64,000 bases of DNA, taken from assembly GCA_963761425.1 (NCBI GenBank), contig CAVXGQ010000005.1, positions 452,699 through 516,698 on the forward strand, written 5' to 3'. Origin of the DNA: an uncultured Acidimicrobiaceae bacterium. Its GTDB lineage: Bacteria; Actinomycetota; Acidimicrobiia; Acidimicrobiales; Bog-793. The notes beneath the pieces were generated by a model, which saw nothing but the letters and a program-made list of their open reading frames with translations, searched no databases and had not been told where the DNA came from. Shown in pieces: positions 18,961 to 28,570 of this stretch. Made by a program: the position numbers and the translations under genes. The first letter of the stretch is position 1. Each line of letters opens with the position of its first letter.

Positions 18961-20082
18961 ATGTCCGAGGCATCGCAGACCTTCATCGCCGTCATCAAGG
19001 TGGTGGGCATTGGCGGGGGCGGCGTCAACGCGGTCAACCGCATGATCGACTCGGAACTGCGCGGCGTGGAGTTCGTCGCCGTCAACACCGACGCTCAGGC
19101 GTTGCTCCTCAGTGAGGCCGATCTGAAGCTCGACATCGGCCGTCAGCTGACCCGCGGCCTTGGGGCGGGGAGCGATCCGGAGATCGGCCGGGCCGCGGCG
19201 CTCGACCACACCGAGGAGATCGGCGAGGTCCTGAAGGGCGCCGACATGGTGTTCATCGCGGCGGGCGAAGGAGGCGGCACCGGCACCGGGGGGGCGCCGG
19301 TCATCGCCGAGGTGGCCCGCGACCTTGGCGCGCTGACCGTGGCCATCGTCACCAAGCCGTTCGCCTTCGAGGGGCGCCGACGGGCGTTGCAGGCCGAGCA
19401 GGGCATCGAGCGGCTGCGCGAACAGGTCGACACCTTGATCGTCATCCCCAACGAAAGACTGCTCACCTTGGCGGACTCCAGCACGACCATGGTGGAAGCC
19501 TTCAAGATGGCGGACAACATCTTGCTGCAGGGCGTGAAGGGCATCACCGATCTCATCAACATGCCCGGGTTGATCAACACCGACTTCGCCGACGTCCGGA
19601 CCATCATGCACGACGCCGGCTCGGCGATCATGGGCGTCGGTATCGCCTCCGGCGAGGGTCGGGCGCTCACTGCGGCCCACCACGCCATCACCAGCCCGTT
19701 GCTGTCGTCGGGCTCGATCGACGGGGCCCGTGGGATCGTCCTCAACATCGCCGGTGGGAGCAACCTCGGATTGTTCGAGGTGAACGAGGCCGCCGAGGCG
19801 ATCCACGCCATCGCCCATCCCGACGCCAACATCATCTTCGGCAGCGCCATCGACGACGAGCTGGGCGATTCGGTGCGGGTGACGGTGATCGCCGCCGGTT
19901 TCGACACCTTCGAAGACGGCGCCTGGGGTGCGGCCGAACGCGACCTGGATCAGGGCTTCGGCTACGGCGCCCGGTCGACGCGGCACCCGGAGGGCTACGG
20001 CCAGCCGGACACCTTCGCCGTCGACGACCAAGACCTCGATCTCGGCGACGACGAGTTCGACGTCCCGTCGTTCCTCCGCTGA
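18961..20082 (+). CDS. ftsZ: Cell division GTPase FtsZ
   Basis: 373 aa. Tubulin signature [10 protein letters not shown] and NTDAQAL. C-terminal [11 protein letters not shown] peptide. Confidence 0.97.
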   Translation: MSEASQTFIAVIKVVGIGGGGVNAVNRMIDSELRGVEFVAVNTDAQALLLSEADLKLDIGRQLTRGLGAGSDPEIGRAAALDHTEEIGEVLKGADMVFIAAGEGGGTGTGGAPVIAEVARDLGALTVAIVTKPFAFEGRRRALQAEQGIERLREQVDTLIVIPNERLLTLADSSTTMVEAFKMADNILLQGVKGITDLINMPGLINTDFADVRTIMHDAGSAIMGVGIASGEGRALTAAHHAITSPLLSSGSIDGARGIVLNIAGGSNLGLFEVNEAAEAIHAIAHPDANIIFGSAIDDELGDSVRVTVIAAGFDTFEDGAWGAAERDLDQGFGYGARSTRHPEGYGQPDTFAVDDQDLDLGDDEFDVPSFLR

Positions 20083-20124
20083 GGAGCCGACTCGCCGGCG
20101 CGCCAGCGACTGACCGGTGGTGCG

Positions 20125-20766
20125 GTGGTCGTGACCTCGTCGCGCCTCGACGGCGACGCCCGGCCGGCGAGCCTGTCCGGAACCGGCGAGGCGCTGCAAG
20201 CGACCCTCGTCGACCTTCCCTGGACCTTCGTCCGCCAGGTGCACGGGGCGCGGGTCATCGAGGTCGACGGACCCCCCGGGGCGATGGAGGAGGCCGACGC
20301 CATGGTCACCACCTCGCCGGCCGCCGCGCTCGGGGTGCTCGGCGCCGACTGCGCCTTGATCGGCCTGGCCAGTCCGGAGCGCGTCGTCGGTGTCGCCCAC
20401 GCCGGCTGGCGGGGACTCGCCGCCGGTGTGGTGGGAGCGGCGGCGGCGGCGATGCGCGTCCGCGGGGCGACCCGGATCGAGGCCGTGGTCTCGGCGTGCG
20501 TCCATGCCGAGTGCTATCCGTTCGCGGCGAGTGACCTGGCGCGGTTGGCCGCCCGGTTCGGTGGGGAGGTGATGGGCACCGCCGCGGATGGCTCGCGCGC
20601 CTTCGACCTTCCCGCCGCGGTGCGTTTCTGTCTGGCGGCCGCCGAGGTCGAGCTGGTGGGGGCGGTCGGCCCCTGTACGGCATGCTCGGGGCAGTACTTC
20701 AGCTACCGGGCCCGGCGGGACACGGCCCGGCACCTGCTGGGGGTGTGGCTGGAGCCGTCGGGGTGA
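20125..20766 (+). CDS. pgeF: Peptidoglycan editing factor PgeF / YfiH (laccase-domain protein)
   Basis: 213 aa with ADC..IG and HAGWRG motifs. Conserved position after ftsZ. Confidence 0.8.
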   Translation: MVVTSSRLDGDARPASLSGTGEALQATLVDLPWTFVRQVHGARVIEVDGPPGAMEEADAMVTTSPAAALGVLGADCALIGLASPERVVGVAHAGWRGLAAGVVGAAAAAMRVRGATRIEAVVSACVHAECYPFAASDLARLAARFGGEVMGTAADGSRAFDLPAAVRFCLAAAEVELVGAVGPCTACSGQYFSYRARRDTARHLLGVWLEPSG

Positions 20767-21458
20767 AGCCCGGGACACCGACGGGGTTCGGTGACTTCGG
20801 CTCACGGCTCGTCGGGGTGCGGGGGCGCATCGTGGCCGCCGGCGGAGACCTCGGGCGGGTGAAGATCGTCGCGGTGACGAAGGGGCTCGACTACGCCGCC
20901 GCCGCGGCGGCGGTGGCGGCGGGTTGCCGGGATATCGGCGAGAACTACGCCGCAGAGCTGATCGAAAAGGCGGCGCGGTTGCGCGCCGAAGCGGCTGACA
21001 CCGGGGTGCGCTGGCATCTCATCGGTGGCATCCAGCGGCGCAGCATCGGTCGTCTCGCGCCCTACGTGGGCCTCTACCAGACCGTCGACCGCCTTGAGGA
21101 AGGGGCCGTCATCGCCCGTCGTGCCCCGGGCGCCGCGGTGCTCGTCGAGGTCGACACCACGGGCCTGCCTGGCCGGGCGGGTGTGGCCGCCGGCGAGGTT
21201 CCCGGTCTCGTGGCGGGTCTCGTCGAACTCGGGCTCGACGTGCAAGGTCTCATGACCGTGGCGGCGCCCGGTGATCGGGCCGCGGCGCGACGGTCCTTTG
21301 CCGAGCTGTCTGGTCTCGTCACCCGTCTGGGTCTGCGCGAGGCGTCGATGGGGATGAGTGACGATTTCGAACTCGCGGTGGCCGAGGGTTCAACGATGGT
21401 GCGTCTGGGCCGGGCGCTTTTCGGTCCACGTCCGGCGCCCCAGGCGATGCGAGAATAG
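20763..21458 (+). CDS. yggS: PLP-binding homeostasis protein YggS/YlmE
   Basis: GTG at 20763 overlaps the pgeF stop. VAVTKG (PLP Lys), HLIGGIQRRS and EASMGMSDDFELAV..GSTMVRLG motifs. Confidence 0.85.
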   Translation: MKPGTPTGFGDFGSRLVGVRGRIVAAGGDLGRVKIVAVTKGLDYAAAAAAVAAGCRDIGENYAAELIEKAARLRAEAADTGVRWHLIGGIQRRSIGRLAPYVGLYQTVDRLEEGAVIARRAPGAAVLVEVDTTGLPGRAGVAAGEVPGLVAGLVELGLDVQGLMTVAAPGDRAAARRSFAELSGLVTRLGLREASMGMSDDFELAVAEGSTMVRLGRALFGPRPAPQAMRE

Positions 21459-21479
21459 GCTCGGCCGGGGAGGAGATCG

Positions 21480-22010
21480 ATGTCGTCTTTCGTGAACAGA
21501 GCACTGGCCTATCTCGGCCTGAAAGACATCGACGAGGAGGAGTTCTACTCCGAGGACGCCTTGGCCAGCGCGCCGGTCCCGCCGGAAAGGACCGTCTATC
21601 CGGAATCCGGAGGCGAGGAAGGTGACGGCCGGGGGTTTTCGGCGACGGTGCGGCCGATCGGCGCCGCCGACCCGCGGCAGGCCGGCGGGACAAGTTCGGG
21701 CATCGTAAGGCCCATCGCCACCGGGCACACTCCGGCGAACCGGGTCCATGTGGTCGCGCCGGCACACTTCCGCGACGCCCAGGAGATCGGAGACCTCGTG
21801 AAGCAGGGGAGCCCGGTGATCGTCAACCTCCAGATGAGCGAGCGGGACCTGTCACGACGCATGATCGACTTCTGCTCCGGGCTCACGTATGCGCTCGACG
21901 GCCAGATGGAAAAGGTCGCCGATCAAGTGTTTTTGCTCGCGCCTTCCAATGTCGAGGTCTCGCCTGAGGAGCGGATGCGCCTTCAGCAACGCGGCCTGTA
22001 CCGGCCCTAG
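21480..22010 (+). CDS. sepF: Cell division protein SepF
   Basis: 176 aa. GGAGGAG RBS. C-terminal SepF domain (FRDAQEIGDLVKQGSPVIVNL..DFCSGLTYALDG). Confidence 0.9.
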   Translation: MSSFVNRALAYLGLKDIDEEEFYSEDALASAPVPPERTVYPESGGEEGDGRGFSATVRPIGAADPRQAGGTSSGIVRPIATGHTPANRVHVVAPAHFRDAQEIGDLVKQGSPVIVNLQMSERDLSRRMIDFCSGLTYALDGQMEKVADQVFLLAPSNVEVSPEERMRLQQRGLYRP

Positions 22011-22049
22011 ATCTGCGGGCGCGGACGGTGATCGGGTGAGCGCGCCCCG

Positions 22050-22313
22050 TTGATCGTCCGCATCCTCGTCGACCTGCTCCAGGCGTACATCGTCGTGCTG
22101 TTCGTCCGGATCATCCTCACCTGGTTCCCGACCAGCCCTTGGTCGTCGCTCGGTCGTTTCGAGCGCGCCCTCGGGCGGGTGACGGACCCGGTCCTCGTGC
22201 CGTTCCGCCGTCTGCTTCCCCCGCTGCGGGTGGGTGGGGGAGCGCTCGACCTCTCGCCGATCGTGCTGCTGGTGGCGCTGGAGGTGCTGATCGCACTGCT
22301 GCGCAGCCGCTGA
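22050..22313 (+). CDS. yggT: YggT/YlmG family membrane protein
   Basis: 87 aa with two TM segments. ILTWFP and DLSPIV motifs. Position between sepF and divIVA. Confidence 0.8.
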   Translation: MIVRILVDLLQAYIVVLFVRIILTWFPTSPWSSLGRFERALGRVTDPVLVPFRRLLPPLRVGGGALDLSPIVLLVALEVLIALLRSR

Positions 22314-22397
22314 ACCGCCCGCGGTGGCGCCGTTCTCGGCACCTTGGTGGTTCGCGGTATCCACCAGCTGGGTTTATTCGCCGCATAGCATCGAGAC

Positions 22398-23309
22398 ATG
22401 GAAATTTCCGGACGAGTCCTGCGCGAGGTCGAGTTCCGTGACCGGCTGCGCGGCTACGACACCGACGAAGTTGACGAGTTCCTCGAGAAGATCGCGGTAG
22501 CGGTCGACGAGCTGATCGCGGAGCTGGCGGCAGCGCGCGAGAAGTTGGCGCATCACCCCGATCCCTCCGTCGACGACGAAAGCCTGCGGCGCACTTTGGT
22601 GCTGGCCCAGCGGACCGCTGACCTCGCGGTGCGCGAGGCCCGGGAAGAAGCCGCCGCCCTCGTCGAGGACGCCCGGCTCGAGGCGGGCGCGAGGACTGCC
22701 GAGGCCCGGGAAGAAGCCGGTCGCCTGCGGGAGGAGGCCGAACAGGAGGCGCACGCCAGCATCGTCGCGCTCGAGGAGCGACGGGCCGCGTTGGAGCGAG
22801 AGATCGAGGAGCTGGGTCGGTTCGTCTCGGCCGAGCAGGCTCGGCTCACCGCCGCGCTGGAGAGCCTCAGCGGGACACCCGGTGGGGACCGCGGGTCGTC
22901 GAGCGAGGCGACGAGCCCGGTGGAGGACCCGGACGAGACGGCGGCACCGGAGATCCGAGCCGAGGAGGCCGAGGAAGAGGGCGGGCCCGAAGTCGAGACG
23001 CCAGCGGTGTCGCGGCCGCGGGCCGCGGAACGTCCCCGGTACCGGAACCGTGCCGCCCGGCCCGAGGTCGCCGACGTCGAAGACGACCTCGAGGACGAGG
23101 CCGAACCGGCCGGCGGTGGTCGTTCCCGGCCGACGGACGAACCCACCTTGCGGGCGGTCGATTTGACCAACGACGGCGATCCGGACGAGGAGCTGTGGCA
23201 GCGGTGGGCGCGGGGGGCGGATCTCGACGCGGTGCCCAAGAACCGAGGCCAGGCGATCCGTTCCACGCCGCGCCGGACCGAGCACCGTGGTGGTGGTTGG
23301 TCGGCTTGA
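22398..23309 (+). CDS. divIVA: DivIVA/Wag31 polar scaffold protein
   Basis: N-terminal DivIVA domain (VEFRDRLRGYDTDEVDEFLEKIAVAVDEL). Long coiled coil with a charged C-terminal tail. Confidence 0.9.
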   Translation: MEISGRVLREVEFRDRLRGYDTDEVDEFLEKIAVAVDELIAELAAAREKLAHHPDPSVDDESLRRTLVLAQRTADLAVREAREEAAALVEDARLEAGARTAEAREEAGRLREEAEQEAHASIVALEERRAALEREIEELGRFVSAEQARLTAALESLSGTPGGDRGSSSEATSPVEDPDETAAPEIRAEEAEEEGGPEVETPAVSRPRAAERPRYRNRAARPEVADVEDDLEDEAEPAGGGRSRPTDEPTLRAVDLTNDGDPDEELWQRWARGADLDAVPKNRGQAIRSTPRRTEHRGGGWSA

Positions 23310-23324
23310 CCGAGCGCCGGTCCG

Positions 23325-26300
23325 CTAGGCGGGACTGGCCACCGGGGTGAGATAGACCTCCACGGCGCGACCGTCGGAAAGCTCGTGCACGCTGTGGGTG
23401 ACCTGGACGGGGTCGGCAGGTGTGTCGAGTCCGGGATCACCGGATCTGCTGACGGCGAGCGAAGCCGCCAGCGTCTGACGGCAGAGTTCCTCGCCCCAGG
23501 TCGCGAGCACCTTTCCGACGTCATCGGGAACGATGAGGCCGAGCGCGATCCGGTCGGTGATCACGAGATCGGCGTCGCGGCGGGCCTGTTGGACGATCCG
23601 CACCAGATCTCGGGCTGTTCCTTCCGCCTCGAGCTCGGGGGTCGGCTGGGTGTCGAGAACGACGACGCCGCGATCGTCGTCGATGAGGCGCCCAGCGTCC
23701 GGATCCTTGGGGACGAGACGGAGGTGGTATTCGTCCTTTTCGAGCCGGATTCCGGCGACCGCGATCCGGCCGTCGTCAGTTCGGTGCCACTCGCCCCGGC
23801 GGACCGCCGCGATCACCTCCTGGGTGGTCGGACCGAGGCGGGGCCCGATCTCAGCGGGGACGACCGATAGCGACTCGGTCGCGTAGTCCGCCGGCTCGGC
23901 TTCTAGCTCGACTGCTTTCACGTTCACCTCGTCGGCGATGAGCGCGAAAAACGGCTCCAGGCGCGAGGCGTCGCGGTGGGCGACGGTCACCTTGGGCAAG
24001 GGCAGGCGGGCCCGCAGCCCTCGGGCCTTGCGCACCGAGTGGATAGCCGAGCACACCTCGCGCACCAGGTCCATCGACTCGACGAGGGCCGGGTCGGCGA
24101 CCAACAGATCCGGTTCGGGCCAATCGGCGAGGTGCACGCTGGGCGCGCCGGTAAGGCCGCGGAAGACCTCTTCGGAAAGGAAGGGGAGCAGCGGCGCGCT
24201 CACCCGGGCGAGCACGTCGAGGACGGTGTGGAGGGTGTCATAGGCGTCAGTCTTGTCGGCGTCGCCTCCTCGGTCACCGGAGAGCCCGCGCCAGAACCGG
24301 TCGCGGCTGCGACGGATGTACCAGTTGGTCAGGGCATCGAGGAAACCGGAGTAGAGGGCGGCCGCCCCGGCGAGGTCGTAGGCGTCGAGGGCCCCGGTGA
24401 CCTGCTCGAGGAATCGCCGGGTCTTGGCGAGGATGTAACGGTCGAGAAGTCCGGTCTGGTTGCTGCGGAACTTTCCGACGATCCCATCGGCTCGTCCGTA
24501 GAGCGAGAGGAAATGCCAGGAGTTCCAAATTGGGTTGAGGATCACGCGGCACCGGCTCGGACATCGCCGCTTCCTCGATCGCGACGTCCAGCCCGCGCAG
24601 CACCGGCGACGACAGCAGGTACCAACGCATCGAGTCGGCACCGTCGGAGGCGAAGAACTCCTCGGGGTCGGGGAAGTTCTTCAGCCGTTTGGAGAGCTTG
24701 CGGCCGTCGTTGCCGAGCAGGACCCCGTGCGCGATGCAGGTCGAGAAGGCCGGACGCTCGAAGAGCGCCGTGGCGAGGACGTGCAGGGTGTAGAACCAGC
24801 CCCGGGTCTGGCCGACGTACTCACAGATGAGATCCGCCGGGAAGTTCTCCTCGAAACGCGCCGCGTTCTCAAAGGGGTAGTGGAGTTGCGCGAAAGGCAT
24901 CGACCCGGACTCGAACCAGCAGTCGAGGACGTCTTCCACCCGTCGCATCATCGAGCGGCCCGTCGGGTCGTCGGGGTTCGGCCGCGTGCAGCGCGTCGAT
25001 TCCCGGGCGGTGGAGGTCGTCGGGGCGAACCCCGAAATCGGCTTCGAGTTCGTCGAGGCTCCCGTAGACGTCGATCCGTGGAAAAGCCGGGTCGTCGCTC
25101 TTCCAGACCGGGATGGGCGCGCCCCAGAAGCGATTACGGGAGATCGACCAGTCACGCGCCCCTTCGAGCCACTTGCCGAAGGCGCCCTGGCCGACGTGCT
25201 CGGGTACCCAGTGAATCTGCCGGTTCAGCTCGATCATTTGTTGCTTGATGGCGGTGACCTCGACGAAGAAGGAGCGGACGGCGCGGTAGATGAGAGGGGT
25301 GTCCGATCGCCAGCAGTGGGGATAGCTGTGCACATACTCCTCGCGCCGCACCAGCGCGCCGGTGCGGGCGAGGCTCTCGATGATCTTCTCGTTCGCCTCG
25401 AACACCTGTAGGCCCGCAAAGTCGGGGACTCGGTCGTCGAACCGTCCCCGGTCGTCGACCGGGCACACCACGGCGATGCCAGCAGACTCGCAGATCCGCT
25501 GGTCGTCCTCACCGAAGCCGGGGGCGATGTGGACGATCCCCGTTCCGTCCTCGGTGGTGACGAAATCGCCGGCGAGGACGCGGAAGGCGTGGTCCTCTCC
25601 GGCAAAGTAGTTGAAAAGTGGCTGAAAGCTCCGCCCCGCGAGCTTTTGGCCGGTGACGGCGCCCACGAGCCTCGCGCCTTTAAGTTCGGCGGCGTAGGCG
25701 GCGGCGCGGGCCTCACCCACCAGGTAGCGCTCCCCGGCGCGCTCGTAGATGGCGTAGTTAAGCGACGGCCCGACGGCGAGCGCGAGGTTCGACGGCAGGG
25801 TCCACGGCGTGGTCGTCCAGGTGAGCGCGCGCAGCGGGCCGGCGGCCGGCCCCTCGAGATCGGGGTCGGCGTCGATGAGGAAGGCGACGGTGACCGCCGG
25901 GTCGACGCGATCGCGGTAGGCGTCGTCCTGGCGCGTCTCGAAGTTGGAGAGCGGCGTCTCGCATTCCCAGCAGTACGGGAGCACTCGGAAGCCTTCGTAG
26001 ATCAACCCGCGTTCGTAGAGCTTCTTGAAGGCCCAGATGACGCTCTCCATGTACGAGAGGTCCATCGTCTTGTAGTCATTCTCGAAGTCGACCCAACGCC
26101 CTTGGCGGGTGACGTAGCGCTCCCAAGCCGCGGTGTAGCGCAGCACAGAGGTCTTGCAGTACTCGTTGAAGCGATCGATTCCGAACGCGGTGATCTGGGC
26201 TCGGCCCGAGACCCCGAGCTCCTTCTCGGCTTCGGTCTCGGCGGGCAGGCCGTGGCAGTCCCAACCGAAGCGACGCTCGACGCGATGGCCGCGCATGGTC

Positions 26301-26539
26301 TGGTAACGGGGCATCGCGTCCTTGACGAACCCGGTGAGAAGGTGACCGTAGTGGGGCAATCCGTTGGCGAAGGGCGGGCCATCATAGAAGACGTACTCGT
26401 TGCGGATGTCCCGTCGTGCGACCGACGCCGCGAAGATCCCCTCGGTCTGCCAGTAGGCGAGGATCGCCTCTTCAATCGCCGGATAGTCCGGGGTCGCGGG
26501 GACATCCGGATACGATTCCGGGTTCGTCTTCTCGGGCAT
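23325..26539 (-). CDS. ileS: Isoleucine--tRNA ligase IleS (two apparent +1 frameshifts, near 24990 and 24549)
   Basis: Three consecutive minus-strand ORFs carry colinear IleS sequence. They contain the HIGH motif (LPHYGHLL), the HRPGIDAL | [41 protein letters not shown] junction, the KMSKS-like RKLSKRLKN, and the MSEPV | [13 protein letters not shown] junction. Confidence 0.9.
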
Positions 26540-26558
26540 TGCCCTAGAGTAGGCGCCC

Positions 26559-26954
26559 ATGGCAGAGGACCTGTTCGAGATCGAGCAGGAGGAACCGGCG
26601 GGAACATCCAAGGCGAAGCGGGGCGCCAAGAAGTCGACGATCCTGCTTCGCCTCTATGTGCAACCCGGTGCCGGGAAGGCCGCGGTCACCGGCACGAGGG
26701 GCGACGCGCTACACGTCCGGGTGGCACCGCCGCCGGTCGACGGTCGGGCGAACGTCGCCTGTGCGGAGCTCGTCGCCGAGCTGTTGGGGGTCCCGAAGTC
26801 GGCCATCGAGCTCGCCGGCGGAGAAAAGAGCCGGCGGAAGCGCTTACGGGTGCAAGGTGTCGACACCGCCCGGGTCCGACGGGTGCTCTCGGACGCGGTC
26901 GCGGAGGCCGAGACCCGTCCCGGCAGCCCGAGGCACGCGCGTCCCAATCGCTGA
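26559..26954 (+). CDS. DUF167 (YggU) family protein
   Basis: 131 aa. [62 protein letters not shown] matches the YggU fold signature. Confidence 0.75.
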   Translation: MAEDLFEIEQEEPAGTSKAKRGAKKSTILLRLYVQPGAGKAAVTGTRGDALHVRVAPPPVDGRANVACAELVAELLGVPKSAIELAGGEKSRRKRLRVQGVDTARVRRVLSDAVAEAETRPGSPRHARPNR

Positions 26955-27028
26955 CGTCGCATCGGGCGCGGTGGTCGTGATGATCGGGTAACCTCAACCC
27001 CTCATTCGGAGAGGTTTGTCTGCTGACC

Positions 27029-28048
27029 ATGCCCCAGAAGATGATGAAGTCCCCCAGGAAGCAGGGCGCGAACAAGGTGGCGTCGGCGACGGTAGGTCGC
27101 TCCATCGTCGCGCGGGCGACGAAAGTCGTGGCCAAGACGAGGAAGGCGATCGGCAAGGTCGCGGGTCGACCGGACAGGAAGGCGGTGGCGAAGCCGGTCT
27201 CGTCGCGGACGGCCGCCCCGGCGCGAGCCACGCAGGCCATGCCTCGGAAAAAGGCGGCGCAACTGGCGGCTGGTACCGCCCGGGGCGCCAGGAAAGCCAC
27301 CACCAAGCGGTCAACGGCACCGAAGAAGACGGTGGCGAAGAAGGCGGCCACCTCCCGCCGCACACCCCGAACCGTCGCCACGAGGAAGGCGGCGCCGGCG
27401 AGGCCTGTCGGGAAGGCGGCGCCAGCGAGGAAGGTCGCGGCGGTGAAGAAGGCCGTGGCGGCGAAAAAGGTCGCCCCCCCGAGCAAGGTGGCCGCCTCCA
27501 AGGCGCGGCCGAGGGTCCCCGGCGCGAAAAGGAGCGCCAAGGTGGCGGTAGCCGCGGTGAGGACGACACCCCGGGCCCCCGGGAAGGTGGCCGCGAGGTC
27601 AGCCGCGTCACGCCCCGTCTCGACGCGTCCAGCACCAGCCCGTCCGACCCCGGTTCGCGCCCCGCACCGGGGCTACTCCGAGGAGCGCTTCCTCAGCCAC
27701 CAGCGCAATGTGCTCGAGCGCGAGCGGGCCACCTACCTGGAGCAGGCGAGTTCTTTGCAGGCCGAGGCGGAGCTGCTCGTCACGGAGATGGAGCCCGGGG
27801 ACATCCAGTTTGACGAGGAATCGGGAGAAGGCGGGACGGTTGCGGTCGACCGGGAGCGTGACCTGACCCTGTCCGCCCAGGCTCTGGAGGCGGTCGCCGA
27901 GATCGAGGCCGCGTTGGCCAAGATCGAGAACGGCAGCTACGGGGTGTGCGAGAGCTGTGGGGAGCTGATCCCGAAGCTCCGCCTCGAGGCGCTGCCGTAC
28001 GCCCGGCTCTGTATGGCCTGCAAGAGTGGAGGGCTCTCGCGTCGTTGA
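27029..28048 (+). CDS. DksA/TraR C4 zinc-finger protein with ~210-aa Lys/Ala/Pro-rich histone-like N-terminal tail
   Basis: The C-terminal 120 aa holds a coiled coil plus the CESCGELIP...CMAC zinc finger. The N-terminus consists of AKKAA/PAR-type basic repeats. Confidence 0.8.
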   Translation: MPQKMMKSPRKQGANKVASATVGRSIVARATKVVAKTRKAIGKVAGRPDRKAVAKPVSSRTAAPARATQAMPRKKAAQLAAGTARGARKATTKRSTAPKKTVAKKAATSRRTPRTVATRKAAPARPVGKAAPARKVAAVKKAVAAKKVAPPSKVAASKARPRVPGAKRSAKVAVAAVRTTPRAPGKVAARSAASRPVSTRPAPARPTPVRAPHRGYSEERFLSHQRNVLERERATYLEQASSLQAEAELLVTEMEPGDIQFDEESGEGGTVAVDRERDLTLSAQALEAVAEIEAALAKIENGSYGVCESCGELIPKLRLEALPYARLCMACKSGGLSRR

Positions 28049-28570
28049 CCGCGGAGAAGGGCGCGACTGACGAGCGGCACCGCTCGCGTCGTGCGTCGGT
28101 GGTCGCGCTGATAACCGTCGCGGTTGTCGCGGTGGACCAGACGACCAAGACTTGGGCGCTCGACCGGCTGCGCAACGGGCCGGACCACCTCGCGGGTCCG
28201 CTGTCGTTCGCGTCTGTCGTTCAATTCGGGCGCCGCTTTCTCCATCGGCACCGGCCTGACGGTTCCGATCATCGCTATCGGTGTGGTATTCGTAGTCCTG
28301 CTCATCGGGTTCGGGCGCGCCGCGCCGAGCTACCCGGTGGCGACCGGGACCGGGTTGATGCTCGGTGGGGCGCTGGGGAACCTCGTCGACCGGGTCTTCC
28401 GGGGGCACGGCGGCTCGGTGGTCGACTTCATCCACTTCGGCTTCTGGCCGACGTTCAACGTGGCCGACGTGGCGATCGTCGTCGGGGCGGTCCTTTTGGT
28501 GGTTGCGTTCTGGCGGCACGTGGAGGAGGGCCGGACGGGTGGGGCTGCCGCGCCGGACACGGACCGGTGA
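28045..28570 (+). CDS. lspA: Lipoprotein signal peptidase II LspA (apparent +1 frameshift near 28213)
   Basis: Frame 1 holds VVALITVAVVAVDQTTKTWAL..LAGPLSF. Frame 2 holds LSFNSGAAFSIG...GNLVDR...VVDFIHF..WPTFNVADVAIVVG. The TTG start overlaps the upstream TGA, and the stop overlaps the rluD GTG. Confidence 0.85.

Noticed and set aside
18955-20805. 616-aa minus-strand ORF opposite ftsZ/pgeF
   Set aside because: It is antisense to an unmistakable FtsZ, and the ORF has biased composition and no motifs.
22620-22740. 19-nt direct repeat gaggcccgggaagaagccg (two copies about 60 nt apart) in divIVA
   Set aside because: It reflects the repeated EAREEA coiled-coil sequence inside the DivIVA ORF, not a regulatory or mobile repeat.
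26540-26950. Search for an ileS T-box leader
   Set aside because: No T-box or specifier-like sequence was recognised on the minus strand, and the region is occupied by a credible DUF167 gene.
27029-27700. Repetitive gcggcg/aagaag-rich DNA, possibly a tandem repeat or CRISPR-like array
   Set aside because: The repetition is at protein level (Lys/Ala/Pro low complexity within one long ORF). There are no regular DNA repeat/spacer units.
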